This document shows, piece by piece, positions 35,255 to 47,972 of a DNA stretch of 64,000 bases (positions within the stretch are counted from its first letter, which is position 1; every line of letters begins with the position of its first letter). The DNA comes from Squalus acanthias. Its lineage: Eukaryota. The DNA lies in contig CM059432.1 in assembly GCA_030390025.1 (NCBI GenBank), positions 12,152,001 through 12,216,000 of the forward strand, read 5' to 3'. The position numbers and the translations under genes were made by a program. A model generated the notes under the pieces. It was not told the DNA's origin, did no database searches, and saw only the letters and a list, made by a program, of their open reading frames with translations.

Positions 35255-35757
35255 TACAACAACAACTTGTATTTATAAAGCGCCTTTAACGTAGTAAAAC
35301 ATCCCAAGGCGCTTCACAGGAGCGATTACCCCAAAAAATTCGACACCGAGCCACATGAGATATTAGGACAGTTGACCTAAAGCTCTTGGAGGAGAGAGGC
35401 GGAGAGGTTTAGGGAGGGAGTTCCAGAGCTCGGGGCCTTGGCCGCCAATGGTGGAGCGCTGAAAATTGGGGATGTTTGAAGAGGCCAGAATTGGAGGAGC
35501 GCGGATCTCGGGAGGTTGTTGGGCTGGAGGAGGTTACAGAGAGAGGGAGGGGGCGAGGCCATGGTGGGATTTGAAAACAAGGATCAGAATTTTTAAATCG
35601 AGGCGTTGCCGGACCGGGAGCCAATGTAGGTCAGCGAGCACAGGGGGCGATGGGGGAACGGGACTTGCTGTAAGTTAGGATACTGGCAGCAGAGTTTTGG
35701 ATGAGCTCAAGTTTACGGGGGGTGCAAGGTGGGAGGCCGTCCAGGAGAGCATTGGAA
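35255..35757 (-). mobile_element. L2-type LINE 3' end with (ttg)n tail
   Basis: Reverse complement of the 3' end of the long L2 at ~59960-60525. Confidence 0.8.
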
Positions 35758-36081
35758 CACTGACATACAGTGGCACCAGGGTGTAGGGCAGCTGATCAAA
35801 TAGACGATGGACTGATACGAGGTGGTTTCGTTGACATACTCATTTCCGCTAAATTTCTATGAGGAAGTACTGTGCAGAGTCCCGTGATTCTCAAAGGGAG
35901 TCCTGCCACAGCAGTCAAGTGGGGGTCAGCATGTAGCAATGAAGTGAAACTGAAGGAGCCTGTGATGAATTCAGCGGCGCTGCTATCTTGAGAGCTTTTC
36001 TTGGATGTTCTCTCTGGACACCTCTGGAGAATTGCAGCGTAGCTAGCATCGCTAGCGGTCAGTTACAAAACCATGAGGTCA

Positions 36082-36510
36082 AAATAAAAACAAAATGCTG
36101 GAAATACTCAGCAGGTCAGGCAGCATCTGTGGAGAGAGAGAACCTGAGTTAACAGCCCCGAGTATAACTCCCGGTGGATTCCCTGCTCAGGCCTGAGTTA
36201 AATTATCGTTGGGGCTCAATGGTGTAATTGGGCAGCCACATGCATGGCTCCGGGCGCGGCGTCCTTGCCTGCCTGCTCAGGAGAGCAGGTTAAAATTGCA
36301 GATGTTGCGATCATGGCGGCTTTCGGGCAGGTAAGAGCCAGGGGCGATTTTAACCGCCCACCCGCCAGGTTTCTGCTGAGCGAGTCGGGTTAAAATCGCC
36401 CCCAACGTTTCAGGTCGATGACCGAAAGCTGTCCACAGATGCTTCCTGTCTTGCTGAGTATTTCCAGCATTTTCTGCTTTTCAGATTTCCAGCATCCGCA
36501 GTATTTGCCT
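36082..36510. mobile_element. Penelope-derived fold-back with a nested GC-rich MITE-like insert (~36154-36402)
   Basis: Same arms as the 18-kb insert, split at 'gttaac'; the insert ends in AAAATCGCCCC. Confidence 0.6.
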
Positions 36511-37020
36511 TTTGAGTAAGGGCAGAATGCTGGGAATAGCTAGCCCAGCATTTTGAAAATCTTTGCACTAATGAAATACACCCAAATATTTGGCTATTTG
36601 GTACTTGTATTAAAAAAAAAACTAAGAAATATTTAATTGTTTAAACCCTTGATAAACAGAATTTCTAAAAGAAAAATACATTTTTGGGAGGTTTAAATTG
36701 TAATGTATGGAAATGCTTTTTACTTTGTCTTGTGACTACCTTCCAAGAAATGTCTCCGAAATGATCCAAGGACTATGTTGGTCTAGAATGGAGACTTCAG
36801 CCTAAAGATGTTGGCAAACAAAGACGTGAAGAAATTCCCAGGAAGGGTGCAATTGCTTTGAGGATATTTTGGACATCTCAATAGCAATTAAGGCTAAATA
36901 TGTCCTGGCAAATAGACAAGGCTACAGGAAAAGGAAAACTAGTTTAATCTAGCAGTGTTCCACAGGCCAGGGACTGTCTTGTCAGTCATAGGAATGGACA
37001 GGGATGTTTTTGTTCTGTAT

Positions 37021-37632
37021 AGTGGGATCAGGCTGTGTAGGGTGGGATCAGGCTGTGTAGGGTGGGATCACGTACTCTAGGGTGGGATCACGCTGTGTAG
37101 GGTGGGATCACGCTGTGTAGGGTGGGATCACGTACTCTAGGGTGGGATCAGGCTGTGTAGGGTGGGATCAAGCTGTGTAGGGTGGGATCACGCTGTGTAG
37201 GGTGGGATCACGCTGTGTAGGGTGGGATCAAGCTGTGTAGGGTGGGATCACGCTGTGTAGGGTGGGATCACGCTGTGTAGGGTGGGATCACGCTGTGTAG
37301 GGTGGGATCATGCTGTGTAGGGTGGGATCATGCTGTGTAGGGTGGGATCACGCTGTGTAGGGTGGGATCACGTACTCTAGGGTGGGATCAGGCTGTGTAG
37401 GGTGGGATCAAGCTGTGTAGGGTGGGATCACGCTGTGTAGGGTGGGATCACGCTGTGTAGGGTGGGATCACGCTGTGTAGGGTGGGATCACGCTGTGTAG
37501 GGTGGGATCACGCTGTGTAGGGTGGGATCACGCTGTGTAGGGTGGGATCACGCTGTGTAGGGTGGGATCACGCTGTGTAGGGTGGGATCACGCTGTGTAG
37601 GGTGGGATCATGCTGTGTAGGGTGGGATCATA
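37021..37632 (+). repeat. 20-bp minisatellite (GGTGGGATCACGCTGTGTAG)n, about 30 copies
   Basis: Directly visible tandem array. Confidence 0.98.
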
Positions 37633-37734
37633 CAGCCTGTTTCCTTTTTGTTTCTCGATTATATACAGGTATTCTAAGACTTAATTAAATGGTGAATCTA
37701 TCATTCCTGTACTGATTCTGGGTCTATTCAATAG

Positions 37735-37838
37735 GACTTTAAAGATGATGTGAAGCGTTTTCAAATGATGTTCAGACATTCGAGCAGCACAGAGTTGTTT
37801 GTGGTAGTTGGGAATCACGACATTGGCTTTCATTATGA
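37735..37838 (+). CDS. MPPE1: MPPE1 coding exon 3
   Basis: [34 protein letters not shown] with the GNHD motif; donor gtaagt. Confidence 0.95.
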
Positions 37839-38104
37839 GTAAGTATAACCTACATACAATAATTAAAGCTCCACTCAAGTAGGGTGGAGTTATTGTAATC
37901 AGTGTTCCTGTCTGCCTGTCGATCTACTGTCTATTAATAAGAACATTTCAGAAATACTTCACCCAGTTATGGCAAATTTGTAAACTTGGCCTCAGTGGTG
38001 AATGCCTCGAACCAGCCTGAAATGTTTTTGGGCTGGGCCGAGCCCATCAGAAGATTCTCATCACCTATCATGCCTTATAGAATTTCCCATATCTTCCGCT
38101 GCTT

Positions 38105-38400
38105 CGTCTGCTCTCCCAGGTGGATGTAAAAGATCCCGTGGCATTATTTCGAAGAAGAGCAGGGGAGTTATCCCCGGTGTCTTGGCCAATACTTCTCCCG
38201 CAACCAACATAACCAAAAACAGATGATCTGGTCATTATCACATTGCTGTTTGTGGGAGCTTGCTGTGCGCAAATTGGCTGCTGCGTTTCCCACATTACAC
38301 CAGTGACTCCACTTCAAAAGTACTTCATTGGCTGTAAAGCGTTTTGAGACGTCCGGTGGTCGTGAAAGGCGCTACATAAAAAAATGCAAAATGCAAGTCT
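38105..38400 (+). mobile_element. DeuSINE 3' part (other partial copies at ~6570-6690 + and ~53277-53493 -)
   Basis: Matches 11880-12150. Confidence 0.8.
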
Positions 38401-39775
38401 TCCTGCTTCTCCCTCCCCCCCGCCCCCCCCACACTCCTGTAAAGATGACTAATTTTTTTAAAGCGAAACCCATCCGCTTTTAGGTTTGTTTTTAACACAG
38501 CTACTTTATACTTTAAAAAAAAAACAAAGTTAATGCTGATTTCTCCTTGGTTTTGTTAACAGAAGATTATTTTAAGAGATTTCAAAAATTATATATTTAA
38601 AAAAATAAAACTGTGGGAATCATCCCCAGGTCACTGCAAGAATTGGCACAGTGACGAGAGGCAGCGCATTATCCTGACGGTTTCCAAAATTAAATTCCTT
38701 TTTGAATGAAAGTTAAAAGAGCAGTGGGTGAGAGGGTAGTGTGGTAGTCTGGGGAGGTGATCATTTTAAAAAATCTCCAACAATAATTAAAATCTGAAGG
38801 AATGAGAATCCACACTTGTATAAATGTCAATATTCAGTGCCAGAAAGGTTGTTTGGTAGTAATTAAGACTTATCACGCCATTAAAAATTCAATTACACTT
38901 GAATGGACAAGCCCTAGCTTTTTTTGGCGTGTTTAGTGGGTAAGTACCGCAACTTCACACCCTTCATGTGTTTGAATGCCGAGTCTCTCAGTGAGGTACC
39001 GGTGTAGCGAAGTGCAGGGCAACTTCCTGATTTCTGCGTTCAAGTGCCCACGTGCCGATGCCGGAAGTTGCTGTCCGATTTACTCCTCAATAACGGCAAG
39101 CGCTGATAGCCTCACCGTTACCCCTGCCACAAAATCCGGGCCATTGTTCCAGAAGATTCGCTGCCTTTGGGACTCGAGCTTCTCCAAGTCTGTGTGAATC
39201 ACAGCGCCAAGATTTAGCACACTGTTGAGTCTGACACCCAAACAGAAGGCGGGGCAGCCTCAGAAATGTAAACGCTCACGTTACACAAGATTTTAAAACA
39301 TCAAGGTATTTACGTACAACATCGAGATGTTTTGAAATTCTCAACTGGGGAGGCATGTATGAAGTTTAAATCCACATCCCCATTAACTGGTATTATTGGT
39401 ACTAACAGACTTATCCAGCGGTGAGTAACACTGCTAAAATCTCCCAGACCTCAAACAGGACGAACAAGCAAATACAGGAAACTCTTTGGTATCCGGCACC
39501 GACGGGACCGGGGTGGTGCCGGTTGAATAAAAATTCCGGATGATGGAGAGGGTTATCTACCGAGGCTATTTTTAACAAACAAAAATAAAAAATCAAGAAA
39601 TGTGCAGTATACAGTAATTGGGTACTCACCTACAGAATGTTGTGTTAAATGGATGGTGGAGATGCTTGATTAAGTACAGTACTGCCAGTTGAGGGTAATC
39701 CATAATTCTTTAATTACTTAACAGTAAAACAAAACTTATAAACGACTGTATACAGTACTGTAGTTGACTGTACAC

Positions 39776-41533
39776 TTATTCCAAGTCAACTGGTTCATCA
39801 GGAATATCCATGCCAGCTGGGTCATCAGGAGCATGCACTTCCACAGATTCTTCAGGCACTTCCGCTGCTTCGACTCTTTTGGAAGCTTTCTTAAACATGT
39901 TGCGGATGTCGGCTTGCTTAGTGGACTCTTGCCTTTTCTGTAGAAATGTGGAATGCAGAATATGGAGTTGTATAACTTCTTGGACAGAGTAGCAAGGCTG
40001 CCTTTCAGCAAATTGGAGGATTGAAGAAAATCCTTCTGCAGCTTTAGCCCAAGAAATCTTGTTCTCTTCAGAAATCTCATCCTCTTCACTTTCCATCTCA
40101 CTTTCCTTTTCTTTTTTTGGATTCAAAACACTCTCAATTATTTCATCATCACTTAGCATATGCACAACAGCAACTTCTCTATCTGCAGCAACCCACTGCT
40201 CGATATCACTTTCACTGAGGTGACGTAGAGGGTTTGCTGGGCCTACATTTTTCACCATGCCAGCCATTTCCATTATTGTACTCTTCTTGGGACGAACATT
40301 GAACCCATGAAATTCCTCCTCTGAAGAAGAACCTTCAGCAAACATTACAGAAGGCCACAATTTGCACCAGGCTTGCCTCAGAGTGTGACCTTTCACCAAG
40401 TTCCAGGAACATGCAACATTATAGATGGCATCTTTAATACTGTATTCCTTCTGAAATGTGTGAATATTGTCATCTTGGTTTATCAGTTTACGTAGGAAGT
40501 CTTTCTTGTAATGACACTTCAGATTTTGGATAACGCCCTGGTCCATGGGTTGTATGAGAGAAGTTACATTTGGTGGCAAATAAATGGTGAAAATATTTCC
40601 CGAAACCAACTCGGATTCATGCGGATGGGCTCTACAATTATCAAGCAATAAAATGCATTTGCTATCTTCAGGTTTCCCTATTTTACGGAAATGTTCCCTC
40701 ACAGATGGAACAAAAATATGATGGAACCAATAGGAGAAGATTTCCTTATCCATCCAAGCATTTTTTTGATCTTTGTACTCAACAGGTAAGTGCCTCACAT
40801 TTTTAAATGCACGGGAATTTTTATACTTCCCAATAACAAGAAGTTTAACCCGGTGTGATCCAGCAGCGTTCGCACATGTTAGCACGATTACACGATCTTT
40901 ATTTTTCTTGTAACCTGAAGCATTAGCCTCACTAGCCCCAGCAAGCGTTGATTCTGGCAAAAACCTCCAAAACAAGCCAGTTTCATCGGCATTATATATC
41001 TGTGCTGGCGACAAATCATGTTGCTGCACAATCCGATTGAAATAATCGCAGTATTCTTCTGCGGCGTTGTGATCAGCTGATTTCTTCTCCCCGGAAATAT
41101 CGAGTCGTCGTATCCCGTGCCGTAACTTGAAGCATGTTAGCCATCCCTCAGAGAAAGCACACTTGTCAGTGAGCTCCATCCTTTCGTAGAAATCCTTCGC
41201 TTTCTCGATTAGCATGGGTCCGGAAAGTGGAACACCCTCTGAACGCTTAAGAGAAAACCACTCATAAAGCACGGTATCCAGCTCTTCAAGCTTAGGCTTA
41301 CGAAGCGTACGCCGTTTCTCTACACTCTTGCATGTCTCCAAGCTTGAATAAAACTTGAGCAGCTTATCCTTCTGCGATTTGATGTCGTAGATTGTTGACG
41401 AACCGATTTTGAATTCATTCATAATGTTGATACGCTTCTCTCCCCTTTCTAGTCATTGGCATATCTCGATTTTCTGTTTTAAAGTTAACATCACTCTCTT
41501 CCTTTTGCTTGGACCAGCTTTTGGGAATTCCAT
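39776..41533 (-). pseudogene. Tigger/Jerky-like transposase (CENP-B-type HTH plus DDD domain) with one in-frame stop at 41453-41455
   Basis: MEFPKAGPSKRKRVMLTLKQKIEICQ*LEKGEKR continues in frame into the 548-aa ORF carrying [16 protein letters not shown] and IQPMDQGVI. Confidence 0.9.
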
Positions 41534-41886
41534 AATGCAAGATGGGGGAGATAATTCCCGATAAAGATGGAGAGACACACAGAAAAATGGTGGCTCGGAA
41601 GAGACTACCAGCAGCGCGGGAGACACACAGTAAAATGGCGGATCAGAAGAGACTACCGGCAGCGCGGGAGAGTCCGACTCCTGTTATTGCGGTGTTCGGA
41701 CTTCCGACAGCGCCAGGAAGCCGAGTAGTGGCACTTTGGAGAACTACCGCCACTGACTAACTCGGCGTTTGCGTGAGACTCGGACTCGGCAACATTGCCG
41801 GTTATTGGGGAGGAGTTTTCGGAGTATGAATTTTGCCGGTTAATAGAGAATTCCGGATATTTAGGTGCCGTTTAAACGAGAGTTTC

Positions 41887-44043
41887 ATAAGAACATAAGA
41901 GGTAGGAGCAGGAGTAGGCCATATGGCCCCTCGGGCCTGCTCCGCCATTCAATAGGATCATGGCTGATCTGAACCTAGACTCACGTCCACTTCCCTGCCC
42001 GCTCCCCATAACCCTTCATTCCCTTATCAGCTCGGAAACTGTCTATCTCCGTTTTAAATTTATTTAATGTCGCAGCTTCCACAGCTCTCTGAGGTAGCAA
42101 ATTCCATAGATTTACTACCCTCTGAGTGAAGAAGTTTCTCCTCATCTCAGTTTTGAAACGGCAGCCCCTTATTCTAAGATTATGCCCCCTAGTTCTAGTC
42201 TCACCCATCAGTGGAAACATCCTCCCCGCCTCCACTCGATCAAGCCCCCTCACAATCTTATATGTTTCGATAAGATCGCCTCTCATTCTTCTGAATTCCA
42301 ATGAGTAGAGGCCCAACCTACTCAACCTTTCCTCATAAGTCAACCCCCTCATCTCCGGAATCAACCGAGTGAACCTTCTCTGAATTGCCTCGAGAGCAAG
42401 TATATCTTTTCTTAAATATGGAAACCAAAACTGTACGCAGTATTCCAGGTGTGGCCTCACCAGTACCTTGTATAACTGAAGCAAGACTTCCCTGCTTTTA
42501 TACTCCATCCCCCTTGCAATAAAAGCCAAGATTCCATTGGCCTTCCTGATCACCTGCTGTACCTGCATACTAACCTTCTGTGTTTCATGCATCAGGACCC
42601 CCAGATCCCTTTGTACTGTAGCACTTTGCAGTTTCTTTCTATTTAGATAATAACTTGCTCTTTGATTTTTTCTGCCAAAGTGCATAACCTCACACTTTCC
42701 AACATTATATTCCATCTGCCAAATTTCTGCCCACTCACTTAGCCTGTCTATGTCCTTTTGCAGGTTTTTTATGTCCTCTTCACTCACTGCTTTTCCTCCC
42801 ATCTTTGTATTGTCAGCAAACTTGGATACGTTGCACTTGGTCCCCTCCTCCAAATCGTTAATATAGATTGTAAAGAGTTGGGGTCCCAGCACTGACCCTT
42901 GCGGAACACCACTAGTTACTGATTGCCAACCCGAGAATGAACCATTTATCCCAACTCTCTGTTTTCTGTTAGATAGCCAATCTTCCACCCATGCCAGTAT
43001 ATTACCCCCAATCCCGTGATTTTTTATCTTGTGCAGTAATCTTTTGTGTGGCACCTTATCAAATGCCTTTTGGAAGTCCAAATACACCACATCCACATGT
43101 TCCCCTTTATCCACCCTGTTTGTTACGTCCTCAAAGAATCCGAGCAAATTTGTCAAGCATGATTTCCCCTTCATAAAACCATGCTGACTCTGTCCGATTA
43201 AATTATGCTTATCCAAATGTCCTGTTACTGCTTCCTTAATAATGGACTCCAACATTTTACCAACCACAGATGTTAGGCTAACTGGTCTATAGTTTCCAGC
43301 CTTTTGTCTACCTCCCTTTTTAAATAAGGGTGTTACATTAGCAGTTTTTCAATCTGCTGGGACCTTTCCCGAATCCAGGGAGTTTTGGAAAATTACCACC
43401 AATGCATCCGCAATCCCTACCGCTGCTTCTCTCAAGACCCTAGGATGTAAGCCATCAGGTCCAGGGGATTTATCCGCCTTAAGTCCCATTATCTTACCGA
43501 GTACCATCTCCTTAGTGATTTTAATCGTGTTTAGCTCCTCCCCCCCTATAGCCCCCCGTTTGTCCAGTGTTGGGATATTTTTAGTATCCTCTACTGTAAA
43601 GACTGATACAAAATATTTGCTCAGCGTATTTGCCATCTCCGAGTTCCCCACTACTAATTTCCCTGTCTCGTCCTCTAAGGGACCAACATTCACTTTAGCC
43701 ACCCTTTTTCTTTTTATATAACTGTAGAAACTCTTGCTATCTGTTTTTATATTTTTTGCTAGTTTAATCTATCTTCCCGTTCTTAATTCATCTTTTAGTT
43801 ATTCTTTGCTGGCTTTTAAATGCTTCCCAATCTTCTATCCTCCCACTAGATTTGGCTACTTTATATGCCCTTGTTTTCAGTCGGATGCTATCCTTTATTA
43901 CTTTACTTAGCCACGGATGGCTGTCTTTTCTTTTACGCCCTCAGTGGAATATATTTTTCTTGAAAGTTGTGAAATACCTCCTTGAATGTACACCACTGCT
44001 CCTGTACCGTCTTACACCTTAATCTATTTTCCCAGTCCACTTT
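41887..44043 (-). mobile_element. 5'-truncated CR1 LINE with a long open RT frame
   Basis: ORFs 41981..43267 (428 aa) and 43349..43702; (cttatgtt) tail; 6-bp TSD agtttc. Confidence 0.95.
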
Positions 44044-44648
44044 AGTTTCCTGTAATTTGTCGCAGGACTGAACTGCCTGGGCTTTGAGTGCTGGATTGCC
44101 AGATCTTGCGGCCAACATGTTGGAGTCCCCTTAACAGCCTTGCCCTCCCCGCTGCCTGCTCGTATCCTTTAATATCCCTCTTTTTCAAGCAACTATCAAA
44201 TTGCCCTTTTCATTTTTTAATAAAAGGACTCTGCTTTAACAAGTTTGTGGCAGGGAATTCTACCCTCCGTAAAGATTTTTTTTCCAACATAAGACATAAG
44301 AAATAGGAGCAAAAGTTGGCCATGTGGCCCCTCGATCCAAGGACTCCATTTGTCCCTTTTATGACTCTTATCTACTTGTGCAGCCAGCTTCTAATGACCT
44401 TTTTATCTGCACATCAACATTCTTTTGCTCCTCTACTCCATATTTAATGTTGCTCTACAGCAATATACACAGTAAGTTATTCCATTGTAACATGGCAGTA
44501 AGATCAGTCTTGATTTCACTGCCAACCAAATCATGTAATACACATACAGGCACCTTCTGTCCGTCTTTCAAGTCTGAGCACCGACAGCCTCATTGCTGCT
44601 ACAGAAATCCTAAAAATGGTTGAAAGTCTTTCAATTTGTCAATTATAA

Positions 44649-45120
44649 AGAAAAAAGAAAAACTTATATTTATACAGCGCCTTTCACGACTACCGGACGT
44701 CCCAAAGCGCTTTACAGCCAATGAAGTACTTTTGAAATATAGTCACTGTTGTAATGTGGGAAACGCGGCAGCCAATTGCACACAGCAAGCTCCCACAAGC
44801 AGCAATGTGATAATGACCAGATAATCTGTTTTAGTGATATTGATTGAGGGATAAATATTGGCCAGGACACCGGGGATAACTCCCCTGCTGTTCTTTGAAA
44901 TAGTGCCACAGAATATTTTACGTCCACCTGAGAGAGCAGACAGGGGCCTCGGTTTAACGTCTCATCCGAAAGACGGCACCTCCGACAGTGCAGCACTCCC
45001 TCAGTACTGCACTGGAGTGTCAGTTTAGATTTTTGTGCTCAAGTCTCTGGAGTGGGACTTGAACCCACAACCTTCTGACTCAGAAGGCGAGGGTGCTACC
45101 CACTGAGCCACGGCTGACAC
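44649..45120 (-). mobile_element. DeuSINE, full length
   Basis: Reverse complement of 11689-12155 including the tRNA-like head. Confidence 0.88.
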
Positions 45121-46065
45121 TGACCAATAGAAACACAGCTTGCAGTGTGTTACAAAACTGGACTGCATTTTAGGATTGAGAGGGCATTGGTAAGAACTTG
45201 AGATTTTCCTTGTGACCCACGACATGATCTCAACCTCCAGATGTGTTAGCTGCCTTGTAACACATTCCAGCCTGTGTCTGGTTGTTTTATAAACAAGTTC
45301 ACAAGTTGCAGTTAAATCTAGTAATTCATTCCCTCACTATGGATCTCTCGGGCAGGTTGGAGCGTTACATTTTCAGATGACCTTATTCGTTTTCTGAATT
45401 TAATTTATGGTTTGCTCTTATCCCGCTTGAAAAACATCTGCGGTTTTTAACCGATCAATCCAGCTGCTATATTACATTGGAGGTCTTCCATGTTGGTAGG
45501 TGCAGTAGCTAGTGCAGTGTCTCTGCATTAAATTATTTTAAATCCTGTTATCACATTTAAGTCCTTTATTTCCCTATCTAACGCTTTATGAGGAGTATAA
45601 ACCCAGTTCTTCAAAACCTTTGTCCACGTAAATTCTGCACTGCTAATAATTTTATACCCTTTTATACCCATCAGCCATGATCTTATTGAATGGCAGAGCA
45701 GGCTCGAGCGGCCAAATGACCTACGCCTGCTCCTACGTCTTATGTTCTTAGTTGGGTTTCTATGAAGGAATGCAATGATTATCGCTTTAAATATAAATGT
45801 GAAACGACATGGGTAATTGTGGATATTTAAACTTATGGGTTTCAGTTTGTGCTAATTCAGGAATGAAAAGTATCACATGAGAAAAGTTTCATCAAGCCCA
45901 TCTGTCTACTGACCTTAGGCTGTACCCACCCATTTAATCTTGTGAGCAAAAGTTCAGCACCGTTTCTCCCTAACTTCCAGAATATCTCTTTAACCTTCCA
46001 TTCTGCACTATATATACTTCAACTGATTGTTTCCCTTTAGCCAATAAGAGTTCTTCCTCCATTTT

Positions 46066-46742
46066 CGTTGATGCTGAGAGGTTGTTTCCCCTGGCTGGGG
46101 AGTCTAGAACCAGAGGTCACAGTCTCAGGGTAAGGGGTTGTCCATTTAGGACTGAGATGAGGAGAAATTTCTTCACTGAAAGGGTTGTGAATGTCTGGCA
46201 TGCTCTACCCCAGAGGGCTGTGGATGCTCAGTTGTTGCGGTAACTATTCACTCTCATTTATAAAAAAGGCACTGGAGAAGGCGCAAAAAAGATTTACTAG
46301 AATGATACCAGAACTGAGAGGTTATACCTATCAGGAAAGATTGAACAGGCTGGGGCTCTTTTCTCTAGAAAAGAGAAGACTGAGGGGTGACCTGATAGAG
46401 ATCTTCAAGATTATGAAAGGGTTCGATAGGGTAGACGTAGAGAAGATGTTTCCACTTGCAGGCGAGACCAGAACTAGGGGCCATAAATATAAGATCAACG
46501 CTCATAAATCCAAAAGGGAACTCAGGAGAAACTTCTTTACCCAGAGAGTGGTTAGAGTGTGGAACTCGCTAGCACAGGGAGTGGTTGAGGCGAATAGCAT
46601 AGATGCATTCAAGGGGAAGCTGGATGAACACATGAGTGAGAGAGGAATAGAAGGATATGTTGATTTGGTTAGAGAGGTGGGAGGAGGCTCGTGTGGAGCA
46701 TAAACACCAGTATGGCCTGTTGGGCCGGATGGCCTGTTTCTG
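46066..46742 (+). mobile_element. Two adjacent CR1 3' fragments
   Basis: ORF 46191..46703 encodes the CR1 C-terminus and is preceded by another CR1 end fragment. Confidence 0.85.
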
Positions 46743-46910
46743 AACTACTTCGTAATACTTTGTAATTTCTGTTAATGTTCTGATTTGTTATTTTTTTCAG
46801 TGAGCAGACGTAGCACATTTTAGCTTGAAAAATACTAAATGTTGGGTTTGTGCAAATGGCTTGCTTTTTTTAGTAAAACCGGAACCGCTATCTTTGACTT
46901 CCTTTTACAG

Positions 46911-46991
46911 AATGGATTGGTACAAACTGCAGAGGTTTGAGGGGGTGTTTAACTTCACCTCTGCAAAGGTGGTGACGAGGAAAGGAATAAA
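46911..46991 (+). CDS. MPPE1: MPPE1 coding exon 4
   Basis: (E)MDWYKLQRFEGVFNFTSAKVVTRKGI(N); acceptor ttttacag, donor gtaagt. Confidence 0.92.
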
Positions 46992-47549
46992 GTAAGTGAA
47001 CTCTAATTATTATTATCTGCTGTAAGAGTGTTGCTTGATTCATTTACGAGTTTAAAGAGCAGCTGGTATGCTATAGGGACGCTGGGGGGGGGGGGTGTGT
47101 GTGGGGGGGAGGGAATAGTTCCTTAATTTGACTTCCTATGCTTCGAGTCATGGTGGTTTAGCAAGAACAATATTGGAGCGAGCCTTTGGCTTAGTGGTAG
47201 CATTCCCACTCCAGACAGTCCCGGAGAACTGGAGTTCCGGCTTTGAATTCTGGATTGACATCCAGCGGGATACTCGCGTCCGGTGGGTGTGGGTGGATCA
47301 CTCCCCCGCTCCCCCCACTCCCATTGTATGGGTTGTGGAAACCCATAAAACCCTCCCACCATATAGGACCAATTACCCTACCGGCAATGTTCCCTTTAAT
47401 TTTTTTTTGGGTGCGTGGCCCCTTTAAGGGGCCTGCGCGGCCCATTCAAAATAGCGCGCATGCGCGGTTTTTTCTATTTAAAAGCCGGTGGGCCGGCTGA
47501 GCGGGAGCAGCAGAGCAGCTTAAAGGGAGCATTGCCTACCGGCTGGTAT

Positions 47550-47972
47550 AGAACAATAGGAGCAGGAGTAGGCCATTCGGCCCTTCGAGCCTGCTCTGCC
47601 ATTCAATATGATCATGGCTGATCCTCTATCTCAATACCATATTCCCGCTCTCTCCCCATACCCCTTGATGCCTTTTGTGTCTAGAAATCTATCTATCTCC
47701 TTCTTAAATATATTCAGTGACTTGGCCTCCACAGCCTTCTGGGGTAGAGAATTCCACAGGTTCACCACCCTCTGAGTGAAGAAATTTCTCCTCATCTCGG
47801 TCCTAAATGTCCTACCCCGTATCCTGAGACTGTGACCCCTCGTTCTAGACCCCCCCAGCCAGGGGAAACATCCTCCCTGCATCCAGTCTGTCTAGCCCTG
47901 TCAGAATTTTATACGTTTCAATGAGATCCCCTCTCATTCTTCTAAACTCTAGCGAATACAGGCCTAGTCGAC
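47550..47972 (-). mobile_element. CR1 3' fragment
   Basis: RTRGHSLRIRG...[10 protein letters not shown] on the minus strand plus 3' UTR. Confidence 0.88.

Larger units (their letters stand above)
39475..44052 (-). mobile_element. Tigger/pogo-family DNA transposon with a CR1 inserted in one TIR
   Basis: TA-CAGGAAACTCT at 39473; the opposite end is AGAGTTTC[CR1]AGTTTCCTG-TA at 44054; transposase ORF inside. Confidence 0.9.
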
